NCBI GenBank assembly: GCA_002011035.2 | Contig: MTLY02000002.1 | Span: 320,001-384,000, forward strand | Source of the DNA: Candidatus Hecatella orcuttiae | Lineage (GTDB): Archaea > Thermoproteota > Bathyarchaeia > Hecatellales > Hecatellaceae | Reading direction: 5' to 3' | Length of the DNA: 64,000 nt | In this document: positions 1 through 9,233 of the stretch, piece by piece | Layout of the letters: each line of letters starts with the position of its first letter | Numbering within the stretch: position 1 is the first letter of the stretch | Notes under the pieces: model-generated | The model's input: only the letters and a program-made list of their open reading frames with translations | What the model was told of the DNA's origin: nothing | Database searches by the model: none | Translations under genes and position numbers: made by a program

Positions 1-369
1 GCTTTCCAAGGACACCACTACGTCAGCGCCTTCAGGCACCTCCATGTAATGGGAAACATACACAGCTTGCCCCGGAGAAACCTTCACGGCTGAGGGTTGC
101 CCTGGGATAATTTTCCCTGCGATTTTAAGCCTGACAGGTTTCTCAGCTGAAGCGCCTTGAACATCCTCCGCCCTGAGGGCGTAGCCGTCGAGGAAGACCA
201 GATTGGCGGAGGGCACGTTCACCTCCGAAACGATGTCCCTAGCCAACACTCTGCCCAAAGCTTCCTGAAGAGGTACGAGTTCCTCCCCCAAAACCTTAGG
301 TTGAGTCTTTTCTAAGAACCCGTCCAACGCCTCTTTTGGTGGAACAAGCTTCCAGCCTAAACCTTCCAT
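1..369 (-). CDS. moeA: Molybdopterin molybdenumtransferase MoeA (N-terminal part, runs off the window)
   Basis: Manual translation from ATG at 369: MEGLGWKLVPPKEALDGFLEKTQPKVLGEELVPLQEALGRVLAKDIVSEVNVPSANLVFLDGYALRAEDV; matches the MoeA motif EALGRVLAxD...DGYA. Confidence 0.85.
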   Translation of the reverse strand, partial: MEGLGWKLVPPKEALDGFLEKTQPKVLGEELVPLQEALGRVLARDIVSEVNVPSANLVFLDGYALRAEDVQGASAEKPVRLKIAGKIIPGQPSAVKVSPGQAVYVSHYMEVPEGADVVVSLES

Positions 370-456
370 CGTCAATTCCTCAGGTCAAATAAATGTTTCA
401 GTATTAAAAAGACCTGCCCCTAGAAAAGATTATCTGCAGAGCTGAAAAAAGACCCT

Positions 457-648
457 CTATTTCTTTCTTTTAACCTTCTGTTTTCGCTGGGGTTTTCGGC
501 TTTTAGACCGCGACTTAGGCGTAGGCTTCTTTTTCAGGGAGCGCTTGGAAGAAGTTTTAATTCCCCTTTTTCTCCGATACATAGCTCGAACGGTGTTTAC
601 CGCCATTTTTCTCCGGGATAGGGGGTTGTCTCCCAGTCTCTTGCTCAT
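457..648 (-). CDS. Small, very basic protein translationally coupled to parA
   Basis: 63 aa, K/R-rich; its ATG overlaps the parA stop (ATGA). Confidence 0.55.
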   Translation of the reverse strand: MSKRLGDNPLSRRKMAVNTVRAMYRRKRGIKTSSKRSLKKKPTPKSRSKSRKPQRKQKVKRKK

Positions 649-1394
649 CCTACAAACTCCTTGGCCAAGTTCAGATAAGCTTTCGCCCCCGTGCTTCTGG
701 GAGCATAGGTTATGATAGGCTGGTGGTGGCTGGGCGACTCCGCCAACTTCACGTTGATGGGAATCACGGTCTTGAAAACTTTACCCCTGAAGGCGTTTCT
801 AACCTTTTCCTCCACTTCCTTGGACAGGGAAGTTCGCCTGTCGTACATGGTCAGGACGATGCCCTTGACTGAAAGGTTAGGGTTAAGGTCTTCCTTGATG
901 GTGTTAACGGTGTCCAGCAGTTTGGTAACACCGTCCATGGCAAAATAATGAGTCTGAATGGGAATAATAACCTGGTCGCAGGCGGTTAAGGCGTTAACCG
1001 TCAAAAGCCCCAGGGAAGGAGGAGTGTCGATGAAAACATAGTCAAACCCGTCTAAAGCCTTCAACTTCCGCTTAAGCCTGAACTGCATGTTAACCTCGTT
1101 GGCCAGCTGAACCTGGGCAGCGCTTAATCCTATGCTGGAGGGAGCCAAACTTAGGTTGGGGAAGTCGGTCTTCAGGGTGATGTCTTCCAGTTTAATCTCA
1201 TCCTTCATCAGCAGGTCGCAGGTGGAACTTTGGGGGTTATTTCTCGTCAGATAGTCGGTGGCGTTGGCCTGAGGGTCCAAGTCGACCAGCAACGTGTTGA
1301 AAGAGAAAGAAGACAGAGAAGCAGCTAGGTTGACGCAGAGGTCCGTTTTCCCTACGCCGCCCTTCTGGTTGGCTATGGCGATTTTAACGGTCAT
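645..1394 (-). CDS. parA: ParA/Soj-family ATPase
   Basis: Deviant Walker A NQKGGVGKT, DLDPQAN, DTPPSLG, Soj-like LTMYDRRT and LAESPS. Confidence 0.92.
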   Translation of the reverse strand: MTVKIAIANQKGGVGKTDLCVNLAASLSSFSFNTLLVDLDPQANATDYLTRNNPQSSTCDLLMKDEIKLEDITLKTDFPNLSLAPSSIGLSAAQVQLANEVNMQFRLKRKLKALDGFDYVFIDTPPSLGLLTVNALTACDQVIIPIQTHYFAMDGVTKLLDTVNTIKEDLNPNLSVKGIVLTMYDRRTSLSKEVEEKVRNAFRGKVFKTVIPINVKLAESPSHHQPIITYAPRSTGAKAYLNLAKEFVG

Positions 1395-1849
1395 ATAGGA
1401 GCTCTCTCCTCTAATTTTCGCAGTAAATTATAATAACCTTTAACCACGCTAAGAAGTCCTTTCAGCTGAAAACGACCCGCTTGCCATGAAAATCCGTTGA
1501 AATTTTTTTCTCCAAAAAAGATGTACTTCCGTCTATTTTTTTACTGAAATATGTAAAAAGCAACCCCAAATTAGGCTGCGTATTCTCCTCCGGGCAAGTC
1601 TTCGAAGCTTCCACATCCGCTGCCAACCAAGAGCCCTTATTCCCTCTAATTGGGGGATGTTGCCGTTTAAGTTTGTCAGATAACTGTATAATTTCCTCCC
1701 AACCAGCCGTTGATTTCCACGTCTAACCTCCCATCCCACAGGAGAAATCGCCTGAAAACCCTGCTTCAAACCCCCTTTCTCAAGGATGAAACGTAATAAA
1801 ATATCACCTAGAAAGATTGCTTGACGAGAAGGAAAGGGGAGGTGATCCT

Positions 1850-1978
1850 TTGTCTGAAGGACCCAGAGAAGGAGAAATAAAAATCATCGAAAGGAAGGGA
1901 AGAAAAATCACCATGGTGGCCACCGGTAAAAAGGGATTCGGAGCTTGGAAGATCATCAAAAACGAACCCCTAACCTAA
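1850..1978 (+). CDS. 42-aa small protein not in the ORF track
   Basis: Perfect SD GGAGGTGA (1838-1845) before TTG; MSEGPREGEIKIIERKGRKITMVATGKKGFGAWKIIKNEPLT*; followed by a hairpin and T-tracts. Confidence 0.55.
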   Translation: MSEGPREGEIKIIERKGRKITMVATGKKGFGAWKIIKNEPLT

Positions 1979-1989
1979 CCACCCTATCT

Positions 1990-2035
1990 CCGCCTAGGTT
2001 TTTTGGCGGCAAACAATTTTTCTCCCTAGTTTTTC
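1990..2035 (+). terminator. Hairpin and oligo-T terminator-like element
   Basis: CCGCC-TAGGTTTTTT-GGCGG followed by TTTTTT and TTTTT runs, between the small ORF and the convergent tRNA-Phe. Confidence 0.4.
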
Positions 2036-2046
2036 AAAAAATCGAA

Positions 2047-2200
2047 TGGTGCCCAGGGCAGGGTTTGAACCTGCGATTGGGCCGGCCTTTGGTCAAGGGC
2101 GGAAGGCCGTCAACCCGGTCTTCAGCTTCACCTACCACCTGCCTTGAGGCGGTATCGGGCGCTCTCCTTAGCCTTTGAGATCAGGCTGAGCTACCTGGGC
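2047..2200 (-). tRNA. tRNA-Phe(GAA) with three non-canonical introns (18/19, 30/31, 46/47)
   Basis: Removing 2181-2168, 2155-2127 and 2110-2077 gives a complete 77-nt cloverleaf: GCCCAGG TA GCTC AGCCTGGGA GAGC G CCCGG CTGAAGA CCGGG TTGTC GCAGG TTCAAAC CCTGC CCTGGGC ACCA; each junction forms a BHB-like motif. Confidence 0.93.
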
Positions 2201-2377
2201 TCAAACATGTGGACGCAGTTTGGGCACATAAATCTTTCTATGAATCTTTCAGGACAACTCTCCTTTTGTTCATGCGGAGTAAGGGTTACAGTGCCCTTGG
2301 GTAGTGTTGACTTGGAGGGGCTTTCCACTATGCAAATGCTTTAAAGGAGGTGGTGGGTTAAGTTCTGCGAAGTCTCT

Positions 2378-4282
2378 TTGGAGGAAATTGCTGTGAAGGA
2401 TGCCGCCCCCGGCTTCGGAGAAATACTCAAAACCCGGCTGGATGAGGAAGCTTATCGAAGGCTTCTAAGAATAGATAACCCTGCGCTCCACCACTTTGTG
2501 GCAAAATATGTGGAACTCTGCAATCCGGACAGGGTTTACGTCTCCCAGGGCTCGGCGGAGGATATAGAATACATAAAGAATACGGCGGTGAAAAACGGGG
2601 AAGAAATCAAGCTTGCCACAGAAGGCCATACCGTTCACTTCGACAACTACAAGGACCAAGCGAGAGACCGGGAGCACACGTTGCTGCTCGTCTCCAAGGG
2701 GAGGGAGCTAGGCCCTAAGCTGAGGACAGGGGACAGAGAAGAGAAGCTGAAGGAAATTCACGAAATCCTGAAAAACATCATGCAAGGCCATGAGCTCTAT
2801 GTTTGCTTTTACACCCTAGGCCCAGCGGGCTCGGAGTTCACTATACCCTGTGTTCAGCTCACAGACTCCAGTTATGTGGCTCACAGTGAAAACATTCTCT
2901 ACAGGCAGGGATACGAAGAATTCGTCAGGCAGGGCCGCCAAGCCCGACCGTTTAAGTTTGTCCATTCCCAAGGCAAACTGGATGAGAGGAAAACCTCCAC
3001 GAACCTAGACAAGCGCAGAATATACATCGACATCGAAGGTGACACTGTGTACAGTGCTAACACCCAGTACGGCGGCAACTCCATCGGCCTCAAGAAGTTG
3101 GCCATGCGTTTGGCGATAAACCGCGCGTCCAAGGAAGGTTGGTTGACGGAGCACATGCTCATCATGGGCATCCATGGGCCGAAAGGCAGAGTGACCTACT
3201 TCACCGGAGCTTTTCCCTCCATGTGCGGGAAAACCTCCACGGCCATGCTGGACGGTGAGACCATTGTAGGCGACGACATAGCCTACCTTCGAAAGAAAAA
3301 TGGCCGGGTTCGCGCCGTCAACGTGGAGAAAGGCGTTTTCGGAATAATTCAGGGAATTAACTCCAAAGATGACCCCATCCAATGGGAGGTGCTCCACAGC
3401 CCGGTGGAGGTGATTTTCTCCAACGTCCTCGTCACCGAAGACGGCCATGTGCACTGGACAGGGAAGGACGGCGAGGTTCCCCTGCGAGGCTACAACCATT
3501 CCGGTGAATGGTGGAAAGGTAAAAAAGACGAGAAGGGTAAAGAAATCCCCTGCTCCCATCCTAACGCTAGGTTCACCGTGGAATTAAAATATTTCAAGAA
3601 TCTAGATCCCCGCCTCGACGACCCTGAAGGAGTTGTGTTAGACGCCATTGTGTACGGCGGGAGAGATTCAAACACTTGGGTGCCAGTGGAGGAATCCTTC
3701 AACTGGGAGCACGGAATCATCACCAAGGGAGCCTCCCTAGAATCCGAAAGCACAGCCGCCACCTTAGGCGCGGAGGGCGTTCGGGAGTTTAATCCTATGT
3801 CGAACCTGGACTTTCTGTCGATACCCATCGGCCGATATATCGAGGACAACATCAACTTCGGCAAAGACTTGGCGAAGCCGCCTCGCATCTTCGCCGTTAA
3901 CTATTTTCTGAAAGGTGAAGATGGAAACTTCTTGACTGAGAAGACGGATAAGAAAGTTTGGTTTAAATGGATGGAGCTTCGTGTCCACGAAGATGTGGGC
4001 GCCATAGACACGCCTACTGGGAGGATACCTGTCTACGAAGACTTGAGGAAGCTGTTCCAGCTGGTGCTCGACAGACACTACGCTAAGGAAGCCTACATTA
4101 AACAGTTCACTGTCAGAGTTCAGGAAAACTTGGCTAAGATCGACCGAATAACCAAAATTTACAGGGAGTTAACCAGTGTACCTTCAAGGGTGTTCGAGGT
4201 GCTTGAAGAACAGAGGCAGAGGCTCATCCGAGCTAGAGAGAAGTATGGAGATTACATATCGCCCTTCGAACTCGCTTCTTAG
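2378..4282 (+). CDS. pckG: Phosphoenolpyruvate carboxykinase (GTP)
   Basis: YGGNSIGLKK, AFPSMCGKT, VGDDIAY, HPNARFT motifs. Confidence 0.95.
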   Translation: MEEIAVKDAAPGFGEILKTRLDEEAYRRLLRIDNPALHHFVAKYVELCNPDRVYVSQGSAEDIEYIKNTAVKNGEEIKLATEGHTVHFDNYKDQARDREHTLLLVSKGRELGPKLRTGDREEKLKEIHEILKNIMQGHELYVCFYTLGPAGSEFTIPCVQLTDSSYVAHSENILYRQGYEEFVRQGRQARPFKFVHSQGKLDERKTSTNLDKRRIYIDIEGDTVYSANTQYGGNSIGLKKLAMRLAINRASKEGWLTEHMLIMGIHGPKGRVTYFTGAFPSMCGKTSTAMLDGETIVGDDIAYLRKKNGRVRAVNVEKGVFGIIQGINSKDDPIQWEVLHSPVEVIFSNVLVTEDGHVHWTGKDGEVPLRGYNHSGEWWKGKKDEKGKEIPCSHPNARFTVELKYFKNLDPRLDDPEGVVLDAIVYGGRDSNTWVPVEESFNWEHGIITKGASLESESTAATLGAEGVREFNPMSNLDFLSIPIGRYIEDNINFGKDLAKPPRIFAVNYFLKGEDGNFLTEKTDKKVWFKWMELRVHEDVGAIDTPTGRIPVYEDLRKLFQLVLDRHYAKEAYIKQFTVRVQENLAKIDRITKIYRELTSVPSRVFEVLEEQRQRLIRAREKYGDYISPFELAS

Positions 4283-4303
4283 GCGTTTGGAGTGTTTAAA
4301 ACT

Positions 4304-5794
4304 CTATCCTAGGCTTTTTCTCAGCAGCCCTAAGTGGATTATCAGCTTCCTAGAACCTTCAGCCACGCTTGAATTAGGCCCTTTTAGTAAGGCGGCCAGA
4401 TAGGGTTCCAAGAGAAGGAGGAAAGTCGTATAGTTTTCATCAGGCTCTATCTCAAGTTTGAGTATCCGCTTGGTTTTTTCCACATCTTTTTCCAGAAGCC
4501 GGGAAACATGACTTCCTATGAACTTTGATGCCACTTTAAAATTCAAAAACTTGCCAGCTTTCTTCAAGTCGGAGGTTAAGCCGAGATAGTGTTCTCTTAA
4601 AAACTGAAGCTGCTTGGAGGTCAGTTTCTCCAAGAAGGCTCCGACGCCTAAGAATTCGGGGGGAAGACCTATGGTGTAGAATGCTGCTGTGGTTTTTATG
4701 ACTCGGGGAAGAAGGTAAGGCTTGTGCTCGTTTAAAGTTCTTCCATATTTGACGTCGGAATCTATCGACAGCCTATCTCTCTGGTTAGGGATAAATTTAG
4801 AAATTCTCACGATTATATCCATGAGCTTCGCGAGATGTTTCCGGTAGGACCTAGTTGCCAGTTGGATCATCTTCACCATACTTTCCACATCCTTTTCATC
4901 GAATATTGTAGGTTGAGTTTTGGGAATTTCAGCTCGGAGATGCCTGATCAACCGCTTGACTTTTTCCTTAGGATAGTCGTATCTCAAAGCTGACTGCACG
5001 GTTACAGTTTTGATGCCGCTGTATTCTTTCAAAAAGTTCTCGATGTTCTCAGGTGTAAGGTGTCCTCTGAAAGGTAGGCTTCCGACGCCCAGAATCGGGT
5101 AAATGGGGACGTTTAAATCTTCTGATGATAGACCCAGCTTGCTTAAGGCTATTTTAGCTGCGAGAACAGCAGCTACTAAGCCGCACATCATGGCTGGGTC
5201 TGACCTGCCTATGAAAACCCTTAACCTTTCAGGTTTTCCAGCTTTATTGACGTAAGCCTTTACAGTTCTATCGATGTTGAGCAGTGCAGAAACGGATTCG
5301 AACAGAGGTATGATGCTCATGTCTTCAGGTTTGAGTTTGGCTCCCAGCTCGTTCTTAGCCAAGCTTATTGCCTGATTCATTCTACTTTTAGCGCCCAGCA
5401 GTTCACCGACATCCTTTGTCATAGGGTGAATTATCTCGATTACCGCCGGGCTGTCAAGTGTATTCTGGGTCAGATAGTTAGCTTCGATCGCCGCCATTAC
5501 GGACATGATCTGACGGAAAGCTGTTTCCTCCCTTGCACTGGGCATTCTCGGGGTTACGAAAATGTCTCTACCCGGCTTCAGTTTGCTTTCCACAGCCTTG
5601 AGAACTATCTGCGACACCTGATGGTACGGTGTGAGTTTACCTTCATAGTCAACCTTGTATTCGTCGCAGTGGAGTCTCTCCCTATAGCCGTTGAGAAAAG
5701 CCTCCAACGCCTCATCGACTTCCTCCTGTACGGGAACGTATTTTTTGGCAGAATCGGGATGCTGGGTTGCCATTACCGTTGGTACGCCGCCCAT
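4304..5794 (-). CDS. ppcA: Archaeal-type phosphoenolpyruvate carboxylase
   Basis: MATQHPD, DYEGK, RVFIGRSDPA, PILGVGSLPFRGHL, LPR...GLPPE; start placed at ATG 5794 (the ORF extends to 5920). Confidence 0.9.
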   Translation of the reverse strand: MGGVPTVMATQHPDSAKKYVPVQEEVDEALEAFLNGYRERLHCDEYKVDYEGKLTPYHQVSQIVLKAVESKLKPGRDIFVTPRMPSAREETAFRQIMSVMAAIEANYLTQNTLDSPAVIEIIHPMTKDVGELLGAKSRMNQAISLAKNELGAKLKPEDMSIIPLFESVSALLNIDRTVKAYVNKAGKPERLRVFIGRSDPAMMCGLVAAVLAAKIALSKLGLSSEDLNVPIYPILGVGSLPFRGHLTPENIENFLKEYSGIKTVTVQSALRYDYPKEKVKRLIRHLRAEIPKTQPTIFDEKDVESMVKMIQLATRSYRKHLAKLMDIIVRISKFIPNQRDRLSIDSDVKYGRTLNEHKPYLLPRVIKTTAAFYTIGLPPEFLGVGAFLEKLTSKQLQFLREHYLGLTSDLKKAGKFLNFKVASKFIGSHVSRLLEKDVEKTKRILKLEIEPDENYTTFLLLLEPYLAALLKGPNSSVAEGSRKLIIHLGLLRKSLG

Positions 5795-5986
5795 CTGCGA
5801 AAACCTTACCGAGAATGGAAAAAGGCCTTCTACATAAGTCTTCTCTTCAAAGCTGAAAACATCCAAACCTTGACGGTCAAGGCGCCTCGAATTTTCATCT
5901 GCAAGTATTCTCATAAACACAATATGCTTTCCTCATGGTTCATGTTGACTGTTTCGAGTTGAATTGGAGACAGAGGCCTATTCCAT

Positions 5987-6697
5987 TTGTGTATCTGTGG
6001 AGGAATAGAATTTATAGGCTCATGTCCAAAGATGATAGGTATGGTCCGGGTTCTCAAGGCCGTCTACGATTCTATACTGAATCTCGAGGTAGAGGACATA
6101 GCTTCCTTAGTCCAGAAGGCATTAGATGAGGGAATAAGCGTCCCTCAAATTCTAGACAAGATGACGGAGGCCATGAGAACAGTTGGCAGAAAATTTGAGA
6201 ACATGGAATATTTTCTCGCAGACCTTCTCATGGCGGCGGAAGCCTTCAAGCAAGGTTTCCAGATACTGAAACCTCATCTTCAAACTTTCCGACGCTCAGA
6301 GCCTTTGGCGACCGTGGTCATCGGCACGGTGAAGGGGGACATCCACGACATCGGCAAGAACATGGTGTCCACCATGCTCACCGTGGAAGGCTTCCAGGTG
6401 ATGGACTTGGGTGTGGACATCCCGGCTGAAAAATTTGTGGAAGAAACTGAAAAAACTGGTGCTGAAATCCTAGCTCTGTCCGCCTTGCTTTCCACATCCC
6501 TGAAAAGCATCGAAGAAGTTATAGGGCTTCTGGAGGAAAAAAATCTGAAGGGCAAGGTTAAAGTCATCCTAGGCGGCACAGCTGTGACAAGGGATTTTGC
6601 TAGACAGGTTCACGCCGCCTATGCAGAGGATGCTGTTCAAGCCGTGGAGATGTGCAAAAAGCTGGCAGGAAAAGTTTTCCTTCAACCTAAAACTTAA
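5987..6697 (+). CDS. Corrinoid (B12-binding) protein, MtaC/MttC-like
   Basis: Cap domain plus GTVKGDIHDIGKN, SALL, LGG motifs; true start probably downstream (~6029-6041). Confidence 0.9.
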   Translation: MCICGGIEFIGSCPKMIGMVRVLKAVYDSILNLEVEDIASLVQKALDEGISVPQILDKMTEAMRTVGRKFENMEYFLADLLMAAEAFKQGFQILKPHLQTFRRSEPLATVVIGTVKGDIHDIGKNMVSTMLTVEGFQVMDLGVDIPAEKFVEETEKTGAEILALSALLSTSLKSIEEVIGLLEEKNLKGKVKVILGGTAVTRDFARQVHAAYAEDAVQAVEMCKKLAGKVFLQPKT

Positions 6698-6725
6698 TAT
6701 GAGATGCTGATGAAATAATTAACGA

Positions 6726-6855
6726 TCGAGTTAACCGGACGGGTAAGTTAAAGTAGCCTCAGGCTGCTTAGCTTTTCTCCAACGGTTTAAGCTCGAAAAA
6801 GGAAAAGGCTTTTTCGCCTTGAAAGCAGCGAAAGAAAAGAGATAAGTCAAACCGT
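6726..6855 (+). ncRNA. Candidate structured RNA or ssb leader
   Basis: Long hairpin 6726-6796 with apical AGTAGCC/GGCTGCT, a second hairpin, and an alternative ACGGTTT/AAACCGT pairing; TATA-like TTAATAT just upstream. Confidence 0.3.
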
Positions 6856-7042
6856 AAGGAAACGAAATCCGAGTCGAAGTCTATGTTTTATCAACAGATA
6901 AGTTTTGGTGACACGCTTTCTTTGAAAGAGCACAGTTTAACCAGGTTTCCGAGGTTTTCTGCTGCCACTCTTCGCTTCCATTTGAAGCAAGCCAAGTTGG
7001 AAGAATTGAAACCTGTCTGGTTGCGGATGCGAAAGAAAGGGG

Positions 7043-7348
7043 GTGAAACGTTCATTGAAAATATCTGAGCTGCATGTGGGCATGAGGTCCGTGAACATTC
7101 AAGGTAAAGTCTTGGAGATATCGGAGCCTAGGACGGTGATTTCGAGGATAACCAACAGGCCCAACCGCGTCGCCACAGCGGTTTTGGCAGACGAGTCAGG
7201 GAAGATCAACTTGGCTCTCTGGAATGAACAGATAGACTCTGTTAAACTTGAAGACGACGTTCAGATTGAAAACGGCTACGTCTCCGAATTTCGGGGAATA
7301 AAGCAGCTTAACATAGGGCGCTATGGAAGCCTTAAGGTTTTGCCTTAA
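7043..7348 (+). CDS. ssb: Single OB-fold ssDNA-binding protein (crenarchaeal SSB/RPA type)
   Basis: KISEL...VNIQGKV...ADESGKINLALWNEQ...IENGYV..FRG..QLNIGRYG. Confidence 0.9.
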   Translation: MKRSLKISELHVGMRSVNIQGKVLEISEPRTVISRITNRPNRVATAVLADESGKINLALWNEQIDSVKLEDDVQIENGYVSEFRGIKQLNIGRYGSLKVLP

Positions 7349-7394
7349 TATTTCCTGAAAACTGTTCACACTCATCAGCAGGAGGGAAAAATGT

Positions 7395-7625
7395 ATGGGT
7401 TATGAAAGAAGGTCGACCTACTCGGGTCGAGGCTTTAGGCCCTACCCTGTCGAAGTTGGCAAGGAATACGATGTGGACATCATGGAAACCAGCCGACGGG
7501 GAGAGGGAATAGCCCGAATCCAAGGCTTCGTGGTGTTCGTTCCTGAAACGAAGCCCGGTGACCACGTCAAGATCAAGGTGACCCGAATAGGTCGAAGATG
7601 CGCAAACGCCGAAGTAGTAGGATGA
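7395..7625 (+). CDS. Single TRAM-domain RNA chaperone
   Basis: PVEVGKEYDVDI...RGEGIARIQGFVVFVP..KPGD.VKIKV. Confidence 0.9.
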   Translation: MGYERRSTYSGRGFRPYPVEVGKEYDVDIMETSRRGEGIARIQGFVVFVPETKPGDHVKIKVTRIGRRCANAEVVG

Positions 7626-7722
7626 AAATCAGCGTCCACGAAACTCGGCTTGAGATTTTCCGCAGCCGTAAAGGCTTGCAGTAGATGAGAGGCTTCATCC
7701 TAAGGTTCCAGGTTAGTTAGGC

Positions 7723-8391
7723 TTGGACACCTCCAAGATCGAAAAGAGGCCTCTTCCGGAACACCATCGAGGCTTCAACCTCTCTAAAGCTCGGAAAATT
7801 CAAGAAACCTTAGCAAAACGGGTGGAAATCAGACCTCTCCCTCTCACGGAGGTGAAACTGGTGGGGGGAGTGGACGTGTCCTACATGGAAGACCGCGCCA
7901 AAGCCGCTGCGGTGGTTTTAGATTTTCAGACCATGGAACAGAGGGAGGCTAAAATTTCATGGACTCGGGTGGCGTTTCCTTACATTCCAACCTTCCTAGC
8001 TTTCAGGGAGGCTCCACCTATTGTTCAGGCCGTGCAAAAGCTTGAAAACCGCCCCCATCTTCTGCTGGTGGACGGTCATGGTGTTGCTCATCCTTTGGGC
8101 TGCGGGCTGGCTTCTCACGTGGGTGTTCTTCTGAAAATTCCCACGGTCGGAGTGGCCAAAAGGCTGCTATGCGGGGAAGTTGGAGAATTTGAGGGGAGGC
8201 GGGCGCCGATTTTTTTAGGCGGGAAAATTGTGGGTATGGCTTTGGCTCCTAAGCCGGGAAAAAAGCTCCTCTACGTTAGTGTGGGAAACCTGATAACGTT
8301 GGACGAAGCGGTGGATGCTGTTTTCCGATGTATCAGGGAGCACGTTCAACCGGAACCCTTGAAGATAGCTCACCAGCTATCTCGGGTCTGA
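7723..8391 (+). CDS. nfi: Endonuclease V
   Basis: GGVDVSY, FPYIPTFLAFRE, LVDGHGVAHP, GVAK, YVSVG. Confidence 0.93.
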   Translation: MDTSKIEKRPLPEHHRGFNLSKARKIQETLAKRVEIRPLPLTEVKLVGGVDVSYMEDRAKAAAVVLDFQTMEQREAKISWTRVAFPYIPTFLAFREAPPIVQAVQKLENRPHLLLVDGHGVAHPLGCGLASHVGVLLKIPTVGVAKRLLCGEVGEFEGRRAPIFLGGKIVGMALAPKPGKKLLYVSVGNLITLDEAVDAVFRCIREHVQPEPLKIAHQLSRV

Positions 8392-8453
8392 AAAATCGTT
8401 CTTATTAATATTTATAGGTAGGTACCTCTTAAGGAGTTGAAAAGGGTTGAACT

Positions 8454-9155
8454 TTGATCGAGCCCCGGCAGTGGTTTCTCCTGTTAAAGCTGGCGGAACT
8501 GGGAGGTCTTAAAAGGCAGATTTTCACCACAACCAGCAGCCTTGCCAAAGAGCTCCTTTGCTCCCAGCAGACGGCTTCTAGGTGGTTGAGGGAACTCTCT
8601 CAAAAAGGTCTGATTGAAAGGAAAATCAACCTTCGAGGAGAGTATTTGAGTCTTACAAAAAAGGGAAGAGACGAGTTGATGGCTGTTCATGCAGCCCTAG
8701 CCGCCTTGCTAAGGCCTTCCAAGGTGGAGGCCCTCCGTTTGGCTGGTAGAATTTTCACCGGCATCGGCGAGGGAGCCTACTACATTACCAGAAATGGTTA
8801 TGAAAAGCAGTTCATCGCCAAACTGGGCTATAAGCCGTATCCCGGAACCGTCAACCTGCGGCTTTCAGGAAGCCACGACTTGGCTGTCAGAAGGGAGATA
8901 GAAGTTCTCCCTAGCATTCTTATTGAAGGTTTCAGCAACGGTGTCCGAACTTATGGGACCTTAAGGTGCATACCCGTCTTGGTCGACGGCAAAATTAAAG
9001 GCCACGTAATCCTCATCCAGAGGACCCATTATGATAATTCCGTGGTGGAGGTCATCGCCCCCATATGCATCCGAGAAGCCTTAAAGCTTAAAGACGGCGA
9101 CCTAGTCCGGCTGGAAATTCCGCTTCCCCAGCTTCAGCCTGCGCTCCGAAGCTGA
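8454..9155 (+). CDS. ribK: CTP-dependent riboflavin kinase with N-terminal wHTH (RbkR type)
   Basis: HTH with SQQTASRWL; GIGEGAYY, PYPGTVN, RTHY, VEVIAP. Confidence 0.92.
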   Translation: MIEPRQWFLLLKLAELGGLKRQIFTTTSSLAKELLCSQQTASRWLRELSQKGLIERKINLRGEYLSLTKKGRDELMAVHAALAALLRPSKVEALRLAGRIFTGIGEGAYYITRNGYEKQFIAKLGYKPYPGTVNLRLSGSHDLAVRREIEVLPSILIEGFSNGVRTYGTLRCIPVLVDGKIKGHVILIQRTHYDNSVVEVIAPICIREALKLKDGDLVRLEIPLPQLQPALRS

Positions 9156-9233
9156 AACAATCCTCTTTAAGGCTTATATAAGCTTCCCTGCTCAAAACCA
9201 GTAGGTTGGTTCAGCTTTGGGAGGACGTCAACC

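Noticed and set aside
457-2047. Integrated element at the tRNA-Phe 3' end carrying parA
   Set aside because: No integrase and no duplicated tRNA 3' fragment seen in the window; moeA follows directly
1945-2344. ORFs 1945-2178 and 2144-2344
   Set aside because: They overlap the intron-containing tRNA-Phe and its promoter
6707-6713. CTGATGA as a hammerhead ribozyme core
   Set aside because: No stem II followed by GAAA and stem III in the required arrangement
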